Under the pieces are notes generated by a model. That model saw only the letters and a program-made list of their open reading frames with translations. It ran no database searches and was not told the DNA's origin. DNA of 32,825 nucleotides from a virus (lineage: Duplodnaviria > Caudoviricetes): IMG/VR virus record IMGVR_UViG_3300022074_000197, positions 1 through 32,825 of that record. One strand, given 5' to 3'. Positions 17,521 through 25,471 of the stretch are shown piece after piece (position 1 is the stretch's first letter; every line of letters begins with the position of its first letter). The translations under genes and the position numbers were made by a program.

Positions 17521-18849
17521 TTATTGTCCCCATGCTCCTTCGTTCCAGCCACCACTTCCCCAAGTCGGATTATCAGCTTGTGCTGTTTCATTACCGACAT
17601 TTCCAGTGCCACCAACTCCTGTGACATTTGGATTACCATTAACTGCCGAACTGCCTATTCCACCTGTTCCTGCAACTCCTGTTAGTGTCTCTGTTATTTC
17701 TATAACTGCTTCAGAACTTACAGATGGTGTATTAAGCTGACCACCCATGCCACTGTGACTTGTGCAGTAATAATATAAAGTTGGAGCATGTTCGGCAACT
17801 ACTATTTGTGTGTATGCTCCTGCGTTTCCTGGAGTGCCATTTGTTGTGACACCTGTTGTGTATTCGGAGCCACCACCATGCGAGCCACCAGAGGTTGTGC
17901 TAAACCTTAATGGATGACTTGCGTTGCTGCTGTCGGACTGATCGAATTTATATGTTTTGCCCTCTGTTAAACTTATTGTTGGTGCTGGACCACCACTGTC
18001 GATATAGTATTTATTGCCACTTCCTGGATTTGATACTGTTATAGCAAGAGAAATAGTTCCTGATGCTGGGGTGTAAGCTGTGCCACCCATAGCTGAGTGA
18101 TTTGTACAATAATAATAAAGAGTTGCTGTTCCTGATGCAACGACAATTTGAGTATATGCTCCTGAACTTCCTGGAGTTCCGACAGTTGTTACGCCAGTTG
18201 TATACTCTGATCCACCACCATGCGAGCCATTGCTTGTTGTTGAAAATCTTAATGGATGACCATCATTGCTTGAGTCAGATTGATCAAGTCTGTAAACACT
18301 TCCCTCTTGTAAATAAAGCTGTTGCTGAAGAACACTGTCAACATAATATCTATTTCCAGATCCAGGATTAGCAACTGTTATTGTATAATCTGTATAAGCT
18401 GATATTCCTCCAAAGGTTGCTAGACCACCAGTACCTGCTAAACCTGTTTCAACTGCAGCTCCGAGAGCAAGCTCAGTGCCAACTCCACCAGTGCCACCTA
18501 AACCTGTTACCTCAGCATCTCTGCTTAAATCAAAAGAGACAACTCCTGTTTGACCTTTCCCAGAAATTCCAACTCCAGGTCTATTTAATTTATCAAGGAA
18601 GGGATCATAATTAAACCCAACAAAAAAACTTATGTCTTCTGGTGAATTATCAGATCTTGAGTTTCTAAGGGCAACAGCATCTACAATTTGCCTTGGAGGA
18701 TCAAGTTGGGGGTGTTTAGGGCTGTATTCCTCTGAATCAACTCTTAAACCATCCCATTGTGTTTTTAATCTAGTATAAGGAACTCTGTGACCACCAATGT
18801 CACTTATTGCATAAGACTTTTTTCCTTTTGCAAATTTCCCACTTCTCAT
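17521..18849 (-). CDS. virion protein with two tandem cupredoxin-like repeats
   Basis: N-terminal GKKSYAISDIGG...PKHPQL module; two ~100-aa repeats each with HPLRF and YYYCT[N/S]HS[A/G]MGG; WGSGGWNEGAWG C-terminus. Confidence 0.7.
   Translation of the reverse strand: MRSGKFAKGKKSYAISDIGGHRVPYTRLKTQWDGLRVDSEEYSPKHPQLDPPRQIVDAVALRNSRSDNSPEDISFFVGFNYDPFLDKLNRPGVGISGKGQTGVVSFDLSRDAEVTGLGGTGGVGTELALGAAVETGLAGTGGLATFGGISAYTDYTITVANPGSGNRYYVDSVLQQQLYLQEGSVYRLDQSDSSNDGHPLRFSTTSNGSHGGGSEYTTGVTTVGTPGSSGAYTQIVVASGTATLYYYCTNHSAMGGTAYTPASGTISLAITVSNPGSGNKYYIDSGGPAPTISLTEGKTYKFDQSDSSNASHPLRFSTTSGGSHGGGSEYTTGVTTNGTPGNAGAYTQIVVAEHAPTLYYYCTSHSGMGGQLNTPSVSSEAVIEITETLTGVAGTGGIGSSAVNGNPNVTGVGGTGNVGNETAQADNPTWGSGGWNEGAWGQ
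17741..18384. repeat. 342-bp-period internal repeat (two cupredoxin-like domains)
   Basis: caccaccatgcgagcca occurs at 17871 and 18213; ccacccat occurs at 17741 and 18083. Confidence 0.92.
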
Positions 18850-19517
18850 CAGCTCAAATTAAGACCTGTTGGTCTTATCCTCATTGAAACACCATCATTG
18901 TCTGTTGAGGCTGCAAACTCAAAAGCTCTTTCATACATCTGATTTAAGATATTAAATTTGTCTGGTTGATATTTTAATGAGAGTTTGCTTGCTAAACCTG
19001 CACATATGCAATCTGTCCATCTATAGGGTATATCGGTGTCTTGATTGCTAGCAGTTATATCCTCAATTTGATTCATTGACCAATAATTAAGAATATAATC
19101 ATTAGAGTCAGGAACTTGGTATACTGTTATTTGAGGAGTATATTGTTTATCTAAAAGATATTGGCTAGGCTTACCAGTTGATGTTTTATTAGGCAGTTGA
19201 TTATATTCAGCAAAACTTAATCTTGTCATTGCTGTATCAACATTATTTTCTCTTATGACAACATCAATAAAATCTATCGTGCCTGCTGGTAAAGTATAAG
19301 TTGTTGTGCCTGATGTTAGGCTTAATGTATTATTCTGAACAGTCCAGTAATTTATACCTCTGTTTGCAAACTCACTAAATAAAAGATTGAGACTTCTGCG
19401 TGCAGCTTTTGCATGATAACCTGTTCTTGTTTGATCATCAATCCCTACACGCTCGAAAGCCTCAGCAATAACTTCTTCAACGTCTGGTCTGAATGCTACT
19501 GTTCCTGAAGTTGCCAT
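18849..19517 (-). CDS. head-tail adaptor (P22 gp4-like position)
   Basis: MATSGT.AF...EAFER.G...ARRSLNLLFSEFANRGINYWT, GKPSQY, IPYRW..CICAGLA; located downstream of the capsid genes. Confidence 0.65.
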   Translation of the reverse strand: MATSGTVAFRPDVEEVIAEAFERVGIDDQTRTGYHAKAARRSLNLLFSEFANRGINYWTVQNNTLSLTSGTTTYTLPAGTIDFIDVVIRENNVDTAMTRLSFAEYNQLPNKTSTGKPSQYLLDKQYTPQITVYQVPDSNDYILNYWSMNQIEDITASNQDTDIPYRWTDCICAGLASKLSLKYQPDKFNILNQMYERAFEFAASTDNDGVSMRIRPTGLNLS

Positions 19518-19930
19518 TAATACTCTTTAACTGCTCTGATTATTATTTGATATGCATCGCCTGCAGCTCCAGCACCAGTTGTGGTAAATTTTATATCACC
19601 AGTTCCATTTGTACCAAAGCTTTGACTTTTAGGCAACCCACCGAACTTTGAGAAATCTTGATAACCAGACTGGCCCTCAGTTAGATGCATAACTATAACA
19701 TTTGTGTCAGCTGCAGCCAAGACCTCGACAGTCATAGCAGATATTATCCACCAACACTCCATTATCCTTACACCTGTACAAGTTTCTCCTGCTGAGTTTG
19801 TAACAAGACTTGACACATCTATTTTAGAAACTGCACTTTCATCTCCACCATCAACATACTGATATTGGAAAGCAATGACAATTTCCCTAGGATTATCAGA
19901 GATCGTCGTAGTAGTTGTAATATCTGCCAT
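19517..19930 (-). CDS. conserved small structural protein
   Basis: 137 aa, beta-rich; SD AGGAG; DGGDESAVSKIDVS and DFSKFGGL...GDIKFTT motifs. Confidence 0.65.
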   Translation of the reverse strand: MADITTTTTISDNPREIVIAFQYQYVDGGDESAVSKIDVSSLVTNSAGETCTGVRIMECWWIISAMTVEVLAAADTNVIVMHLTEGQSGYQDFSKFGGLPKSQSFGTNGTGDIKFTTTGAGAAGDAYQIIIRAVKEY

Positions 19931-19943
19931 GATGATCTCCTAA

Positions 19944-20423
19944 TTAAGATGCGTCTGATGAGCTTGATAGTCCGAAAAATTTTAGAACAACAGTGGTGTC
20001 TGCTCCTGGATCTCCGGAAAGTACAACCTCAACTTCGTCTGCTGTTGCAGTTGCTGCTGTTGTTGTTCCCCCAGACATACCTAAAACTCCATTGCAAGGG
20101 AAGAAACCTTTAAAACCTGTAGAGTTTACTGCAGCTGATATACCATCAACAAAGCCATCAGTGTCTGCGTCTGTTCCAATGTCATTTAAATTTACAGCAT
20201 TGCCTGCAGCACCTGTGACTGCGACTGTTACACCCATCGGAATAAAATTAGATGGTATTCCGATTGCGGACTCTTTACCTGTTGTTGCACCATTGGCAAC
20301 TGTGATAGTTGCCACATATGTTTCCATGGCCATTGTGCTTGTAACTGCGCCACTGGAATTTTTAACGATCGAATCAAATCCATCTTGGGATCTGACTGGA
20401 CCTGAAAAAGTTGAATTGCCCAT
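19944..20423 (-). CDS. putative capsid decoration / minor capsid protein (159 aa)
   Basis: Start MGNSTFSGPVRS (ATG 20423 with SD AAGGAG); Thr/Ala/Gly-rich beta protein immediately after the major capsid gene. Confidence 0.65.
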   Translation of the reverse strand: MGNSTFSGPVRSQDGFDSIVKNSSGAVTSTMAMETYVATITVANGATTGKESAIGIPSNFIPMGVTVAVTGAAGNAVNLNDIGTDADTDGFVDGISAAVNSTGFKGFFPCNGVLGMSGGTTTAATATADEVEVVLSGDPGADTTVVLKFFGLSSSSDAS

Positions 20424-20427
20424 GTTT

Positions 20428-20474
20428 GTCTCCTTGTCTTGGCAAATGTCAGCCACACCATGTGACTGTCAAGG
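20428..20474 (-). ncRNA. candidate structured cis-regulatory RNA downstream of the major capsid gene (possibly the Mu-gpT-DE motif)
   Basis: Minus strand reads CCTTG A CAGTCACA TGG TGTGGCTG ACATTTGCCAAGA CAAGG AG: an inner 8-bp stem (one G-U) and an outer CCTTG/CAAGG pairing that covers the SD. Confidence 0.45.
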
Positions 20475-20475
20475 T

Positions 20476-20501
20476 AAAAGAGGAGGGTTTTCACCCTCCC
20501 C
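20476..20501 (-). terminator. intrinsic terminator-like hairpin after the major capsid gene
   Basis: GGGGAGGGT GAAA ACCCTCCTC followed by TTTT; GNRA loop; about 11 nt after the capsid stop. Confidence 0.75.
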
Positions 20502-20512
20502 CATTTTTTAAA

Positions 20513-21421
20513 TTAGGCACCACCTGTACCGAAGATTCCTCTCCAGTCGGTAAAACCGAAAGAATATCTTTCACGAACTTTATAACGAACGTTGCCTGTA
20601 TCGAAATCACCTTCAACACCTTTTTTAAGAGGTGATCTTTGAAAGTGCTTTAAACCATCAGGCACATCAGTCATAATGAAAAATGCATCAGAGTCAGTTA
20701 ATCTTCTCATGATATGATAACCTTGAGGGATATAACCACCTTGTCTTATAGCATTCAAGTCATTGTCAGATGTTCCTGTTCTTAGCTGTGACTCAAGAAG
20801 TCTCTCAGCAACAAAAGTATATGCTGTTGGAATAACAAGCATTGTTCCTGTTGCAGCAATCCTTAAACCTCTGTCATCTTTCATGTCAGAAATTTGGATT
20901 AGCATTTGCTCGAGAGATGTTTCTGATAAATCAGCAGCAGTCGCAAGAATGTTTGACTGGTTCCCATTACGAGTTGGATGGTCGCTTGCGCATAGTGTTT
21001 TACCATCACCACCTGTCACCCCAGATCCAGTGAAAGCATTATTAAGAACATTAGCACCCTTGATCTCTTTTGTGGATGCCATTGATCTGGCCAATGCTTT
21101 TGTGTATCGAGATGCGATGGATCCATAAAGACCATCTTCCTCTGCTTCCTCTGTTATGCTGAAAGCTAATGCGATTGTTTCATGCTGATATCTTGAGGTG
21201 AACTGTTGTGATGCTGAGTCAAAAGAGACTGAAGCACCCTCACCCTTAACAGGTGCATTTCCAAAACCTTCTAATAGTAGGTCTTCTTCAAATGCTCTGT
21301 TTGAGGTGGTTGTTTCGAAAACAGTTTCCCACTCTGGTGGATATCTGTCATATTCAAGACCGAAAAGAGTATTCAGTCCTGGCTCTAACATTTTTGCGAA
21401 TTGCGCTCTATTCATAGCCAT
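20513..21421 (-). CDS. major capsid protein (HK97 fold; family often annotated Mu-like gpT)
   Basis: MAMNRAQFAKMLEPGLNTLFGLEY, HETIALAFSITEEAEED, GDGKTLC..DHP and YKVRERYSFGFTDWRG motifs; SD GGAG. Confidence 0.9.
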   Translation of the reverse strand: MAMNRAQFAKMLEPGLNTLFGLEYDRYPPEWETVFETTTSNRAFEEDLLLEGFGNAPVKGEGASVSFDSASQQFTSRYQHETIALAFSITEEAEEDGLYGSIASRYTKALARSMASTKEIKGANVLNNAFTGSGVTGGDGKTLCASDHPTRNGNQSNILATAADLSETSLEQMLIQISDMKDDRGLRIAATGTMLVIPTAYTFVAERLLESQLRTGTSDNDLNAIRQGGYIPQGYHIMRRLTDSDAFFIMTDVPDGLKHFQRSPLKKGVEGDFDTGNVRYKVRERYSFGFTDWRGIFGTGGA

Positions 21422-21433
21422 TTATTATACTCC

Positions 21434-21985
21434 CTATATACCAGCAGTCTGCTTGAGGATATGCTCATTTATAAGCACCTCAACGACAGCATTTGCACCA
21501 AAAGCATTCTCTGGAGCTTCAAACAGGCTTACAATTTTGCAAGTTGCTGTTCCTGTGCCCATTGATGAATTCAATTGGAATCCTGATTGACCTGTTACAG
21601 TCGAGCCAGCACCTGCAACAACATCAGCACAATTACCGATATTTGTTTGGGCAGGTGACCCATCCGACATAACCTTATACACAATGTATGGATCATCATA
21701 CACATATGCAACTATGTTTGTAGCAGTTGTACCACTTGGCCAATACTGACTATAAACAAACGAACCATCTGTAGCAGTATACTGAACTCCTGCAAATACA
21801 CCGATGTTGTTCACTTCAGTTGCAGTGTGAGGTGTTATAACCCCATCTGCTGTTAGGATAACAAGATCACCTGTGAAGATGTTCTCAGCTAAACCTGAAG
21901 TAATGGTATATTTATTTGCACGAGCTGGATAACCACTCATATGGCGAACTGGGACAAACCCGAAGGCTGAATCTACATTTGCCAT
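21434..21985 (-). CDS. capsid-associated (cement/decoration) protein
   Basis: MANVDSAFGFVPVR, IFTGDLV, GVFAGVQYT and AYVYDDP motifs; strong SD GGAGGT; directly upstream of the capsid gene. Confidence 0.65.
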   Translation of the reverse strand: MANVDSAFGFVPVRHMSGYPARANKYTITSGLAENIFTGDLVILTADGVITPHTATEVNNIGVFAGVQYTATDGSFVYSQYWPSGTTATNIVAYVYDDPYIVYKVMSDGSPAQTNIGNCADVVAGAGSTVTGQSGFQLNSSMGTGTATCKIVSLFEAPENAFGANAVVEVLINEHILKQTAGI

Positions 21986-22005
21986 TTTTACCTCCTAGCA
22001 AAAAA

Positions 22006-22488
22006 TTAATCATTCATGACAGAGACATCTCTGCCACGGGTTACGTTTGATTTCCTATCCTGTTGGATTGGAATTCCTCCTTGCCGACTCACAGTTTCTA
22101 GTTCTCCTGGAATTGATTCGTTTTGACCTTCTGATCGATCCTGATAATACTTCTTCATTTGTTTGAATTGGTTTTCAGGCATCTCACATAAAATCATCCC
22201 TTCAACTCCGATTGATCCTGCCCACTGTCCATGATTAATAGTTGGGAATCTCTGATCTTTCACAGTTTCAGCTTTACGAGGACTCCAGCCAGCACGCATA
22301 CGTTTATACACGTTGTCTGGAGTTTCTCTACCCTGAATCGAGGTAGCTATCCATCTCTGAACCATTCCAGATCTTGGATCTGGAGCGTCCAGTAGTGATG
22401 GTGGTTTCCAAGCAGTGTCTGGTCGTTGTTCATCTGCACGGATCTCTTCTCTGGTTTCGCTTGAGCGTATATTTCGTTTCTCTGTCAT
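22006..22488 (-). CDS. conserved head-module hypothetical protein
   Basis: WKPPSLLDAP...RWI...GW...VEGMILCEMP pattern between scaffold and capsid genes; start 22488 (SD GAGGA) or 22497. Confidence 0.7.
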   Translation of the reverse strand: MTEKRNIRSSETREEIRADEQRPDTAWKPPSLLDAPDPRSGMVQRWIATSIQGRETPDNVYKRMRAGWSPRKAETVKDQRFPTINHGQWAGSIGVEGMILCEMPENQFKQMKKYYQDRSEGQNESIPGELETVSRQGGIPIQQDRKSNVTRGRDVSVMND

Positions 22489-22493
22489 AGGTC

Positions 22494-23405
22494 TCATCCT
22501 CTCTGTTGTTTTTGGATCTCAGAAGCATATTGCTTCAGACCCTTTTCATCAGTTATGCCCAGCTCTCTGGCCATTCTAAGTTGGTCCTGCGACATGCGAA
22601 CCCTGTTCCCCTTATAAGTTGAGCCACCTGCAGTTGGTGCGACTGGTGATCTGCTTTTCACTCTTTGCTTAGTAGGTTCACTACTCCCTGAGTTTAACTC
22701 AGGAAATACTTTTTGTAAACGAATATTTAATTCATTGTAATATTCGTCTTCTTCTTTATCAAAACCTTCAACTTCAAGTTGAACGTCTATAGCTCTTGCT
22801 GCAGCAGTTTCTCGCTCATAACCATTAGAATTAAACCAACGATTTCTCTCCCACCAATTCATAGCTTTCTTTGGTGCTGGTGGAGTCTGAGCCATCTGCT
22901 CTGCACGACCAACTGTTGGAGAGACTGCTTGATTTGCTGATTGAGCCTTTTGGAGTTCAGCGATGCGCATTGCAGCACGCATATCTGCCATCTGCTCTTG
23001 AAATGCTACTTGGGCATCAGTGTCTCCATTCTCAACAGCTTGCTTCAAAGCTCTCTTAGTTTGGTCATATCTTTCATTAAATTGATTCTCTGCTTGACTT
23101 TGAGAGCCTTGCTCAAGTCTAGCCAACCTTTGCTCGAGTTGTTTGTTCTTCTCTTGAAGATCATTAGCTTGCAACTCAACTTCTCTTCTTTGATCGACAA
23201 GCTTTTTTATTCTTCTCTCAACTCTTTGGCTATAGTCTTGATCATCATCCTTTTCAGAAGATGTCTCTTGGACTTTGCTCTCTACTGCATCATCCTCTTG
23301 AGTGACTTCAATCTCAAAATCATTGGCTTCACCACCAGTGTTCTTTATTTCTTCCTGGATATCTGCCATAGCTTTTTCATGATTTTCTTGTTCTTTATTC
23401 AACAT
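22494..23405 (-). CDS. capsid scaffolding protein
   Basis: Acidic N-terminus, YSQRVERRIKKL coiled coil, W.ERNRWF and C-terminal VRMSQDQLRMARELGI...YA; synteny. Start is 23405 or 23414. Confidence 0.7.
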   Translation of the reverse strand: MLNKEQENHEKAMADIQEEIKNTGGEANDFEIEVTQEDDAVESKVQETSSEKDDDQDYSQRVERRIKKLVDQRREVELQANDLQEKNKQLEQRLARLEQGSQSQAENQFNERYDQTKRALKQAVENGDTDAQVAFQEQMADMRAAMRIAELQKAQSANQAVSPTVGRAEQMAQTPPAPKKAMNWWERNRWFNSNGYERETAAARAIDVQLEVEGFDKEEDEYYNELNIRLQKVFPELNSGSSEPTKQRVKSRSPVAPTAGGSTYKGNRVRMSQDQLRMARELGITDEKGLKQYASEIQKQQRG

Positions 23406-23793
23406 AGGCTCCAACCTCCGATCCTTCTGGCAATATAGATGTTATCTCATCGTCATTTAATAACAAAAGTTTCACACCATTGACAGATAATTTTTGACCT
23501 GCATATTTACCATACGTGATCCTATCACCAGTCTTTGGCCAATGACCTTTCCAGCTTTGGCCAGAGTCACGATCTCTGTAAGCCAACTCACCAGTGGCTA
23601 GTATTTTTCCATGAGCTGTTAAGTACTCTTGATTTTCTTGACTTTGAGATGGCAACAATATACCACCTCTAGTTTTTGTTTTACTCGGATTTGGTTGAAC
23701 CAAAACTTTCCAGCCTACTGGCTTGGGTAACTGATGAGAGCCAATGGTCTTCTCTGAATCTTCATCGGTTATTATTGCATGCGGATGTGACAT
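23395..23793 (-). CDS. groES: GroES/Cpn10-like co-chaperonin
   Basis: PVGWKVLVQP, mobile loop KTRGGILLP, G.ILATG, GDRITYGKYAG and LLLNDDEI. Confidence 0.85.
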   Translation of the reverse strand: MSHPHAIITDEDSEKTIGSHQLPKPVGWKVLVQPNPSKTKTRGGILLPSQSQENQEYLTAHGKILATGELAYRDRDSGQSWKGHWPKTGDRITYGKYAGQKLSVNGVKLLLLNDDEITSILPEGSEVGAYVE

Positions 23794-23796
23794 GTT

Positions 23797-23994
23797 TTAT
23801 TCATCCTCCTTATCAAGTTGTTTAAATGTTTCATCGATGATCTCTATGGCTTGGTCTATACCAACTCCAACACCGACGCTTCTACAATAAGATTCAAAGT
23901 CACTAACTCGACCATCAATCATATTATTCGCTATTGTCGTCTTTTGGTCTTTCAACTGTTTCTTGATCTTTTCCAGCAGATCTCTCACTGTCAT
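23797..23994 (-). CDS. small conserved helical protein
   Basis: 65 aa; G...DFESY...VG...G pattern typical of the gene preceding GroES in these phages; SD GGAG. Confidence 0.7.
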   Translation of the reverse strand: MTVRDLLEKIKKQLKDQKTTIANNMIDGRVSDFESYCRSVGVGVGIDQAIEIIDETFKQLDKEDE

Positions 23995-24059
23995 TTTTTA
24001 ATCCTGACTCTCCTGTCATCGAAACGCCAGTCACATGGACTTCGACAACATTATCATTT

Positions 24060-24167
24060 TTATTTACCATAAGAACCTTTTTTAGCCATAACTCTTTTCT
24101 TCTTCGGCTTCATTGCCTTAGCTTTCTTCTTCATGGTCATTTTCATTTTCTTTTTTCCGTGATCCAT
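24060..24167 (-). CDS. Lys/Met-rich micro-protein (35 aa, MDHGKKKMKMTMKKKAKAMKPKKKRVMAKKGSYGK); not in ORF track
   Basis: SD AAAGGAG before ATG 24167; an in-frame alternative ATG at 24215 overlaps the upstream stop. Confidence 0.6.
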   Translation of the reverse strand: MDHGKKKMKMTMKKKAKAMKPKKKRVMAKKGSYGK

Positions 24168-24211
24168 CTTTTTGACTCCTTTAGATATGATTGATGAAAA
24201 CTGTGTGCTAT

Positions 24212-24520
24212 TCATGACTTTTTAGTACTCTTTTTAGTTTTACTCTTTTTCTTTCCTTTAATCAAGTCTGAATCTGCTTTGCGTGCTCCACCTTTACCAG
24301 TGGCGAATGATCTTACTCTACCAATTGCCCATGACGTTGGCGTTTGTCCAGGACGAGATCCAGAAGAATAAAATGCACCCATGCCTCTTTTTGCAACTTT
24401 TCTTAACTTATCTTTTGAGAATCCAGAGGATTTGCTGTATTTGTCTATTGCTGCTGCAAGACCTCCACCAGACTTCTTCTTACTTTTTTTTGCTGGCTTT
24501 TTTGTAGTTTTTTGTGACAT
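24212..24520 (-). CDS. basic protein, DUF5824-like
   Basis: KRGMGAFYSSGSRPGQTPTSWAIGRVRSF...ADSDL resembles the DUF5824 consensus as I recall it; Lys-rich termini. Confidence 0.6.
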   Translation of the reverse strand: MSQKTTKKPAKKSKKKSGGGLAAAIDKYSKSSGFSKDKLRKVAKRGMGAFYSSGSRPGQTPTSWAIGRVRSFATGKGGARKADSDLIKGKKKSKTKKSTKKS

Positions 24521-24698
24521 TCTTGGATCTCCTTTTAGCTATGCGTTCCATTTCTGCTTTGGTCAGCGTTCCCTCGCGATATTTTTTCGCTGTGCTTTTG
24601 ATCTCTGCTTCTTGTGCTTTTGGATTCTTTGCACCACGCACATACTTTACATTGACACCTTTTTTTGTTTTTGGTTGTTTTTTAAATTTTCTTGTCAT
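24480..24698 (-). CDS. small Lys-rich basic protein (72 aa)
   Basis: ATGA overlap with the upstream gene; very high Lys/Arg content. Confidence 0.65.
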   Translation of the reverse strand: MTRKFKKQPKTKKGVNVKYVRGAKNPKAQEAEIKSTAKKYREGTLTKAEMERIAKRRSKNVTKNYKKASKKK

Positions 24699-25471
24699 TT
24701 TGCTTTTTTCTTTCTTGCCTCTTCTGCTCTTTTTATAGCATACTCAATTATGTCTTGTTGGGTCACATTTTGATCTTTAACCAATTTTTTATAGTAAGCT
24801 GTTTTTTCTATGCCTTGAGTTTTTATCCACCTTATAACATCTTCCTCGTCATAGTCCTCTATTCCTGGAAATGCCTCTTTGAATGCATCTTCTGTTATGC
24901 TGTCCATGCCATCGCCATATCTTATATTACTTGCTTCACCTTTGCCGAAGTATTTATCTACAACATCATCTGCTTTCTTTTGTGCTGCAGGTATTATTTC
25001 GCCAGTCTCTTGATCTTGAACACTGTTGCTTAATAAATCAACATTTGCTCCCTCGCTAAGTCTGTTTGGAGATTCATTATAAAGATCTCCCTCTTCATAA
25101 TAGTTTAAATACTCAGCCATGTCTTTTTCTAAGATCTCTTTTTTAGAGATTGACTTGCCTGTTCTTGCTTTCCAAAGATCTGATGCGAAACTTAAATGTT
25201 CATCTAAATTTTTAAATGTCGCACTTCGCATAGTTCCAGGAACTACCTCTGCAACTCCTTTAGTTACTGGTGCGATATCATCTATTATCTTACCAACTGG
25301 TATCTCACTTAATGCTCCTGCCACCAATGGAGTTGCAGCCATACCTGTTAACAGCCCTCTTCTTGATATGCCTTTTTTCGGTTCTCCCTCAGGCAAAGCA
25401 CCAGTAATTTTATTTGGAGGGTCGCCAATTAATTTACCAAGAACTCCTCTAACTATTTTGGATCCAATCAT
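24695..25471 (-). CDS. acidic hypothetical protein with leader and SRR/GAL module
   Basis: MIGSKIVRGVLGK leader; KGISRRGLLTGMAATPLVAGALSEIPVGKIIDD segment. Confidence 0.75.
   Translation of the reverse strand: MIGSKIVRGVLGKLIGDPPNKITGALPEGEPKKGISRRGLLTGMAATPLVAGALSEIPVGKIIDDIAPVTKGVAEVVPGTMRSATFKNLDEHLSFASDLWKARTGKSISKKEILEKDMAEYLNYYEEGDLYNESPNRLSEGANVDLLSNSVQDQETGEIIPAAQKKADDVVDKYFGKGEASNIRYGDGMDSITEDAFKEAFPGIEDYDEEDVIRWIKTQGIEKTAYYKKLVKDQNVTQQDIIEYAIKRAEEARKKKAK

Noticed and set aside
16896-17639. Longer ORF-track starts (also 10093, 13633, 20456, 26885, 28038, 29490)
   Set aside because: They extend into upstream genes or regulatory sequence; downstream ATGs with SD sites or stop/start coupling fit better.
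15553-18384. Repeat pairs as template/variable repeats of a diversity-generating retroelement
   Set aside because: Differences are mostly at third codon positions and not adenine-specific, both copies are in frame within one gene, and no reverse transcriptase is present in the window.
23395-23793. groES as a host chromosomal gene marking a prophage boundary
   Set aside because: It is embedded in the head module with no groEL or any other cellular gene nearby.
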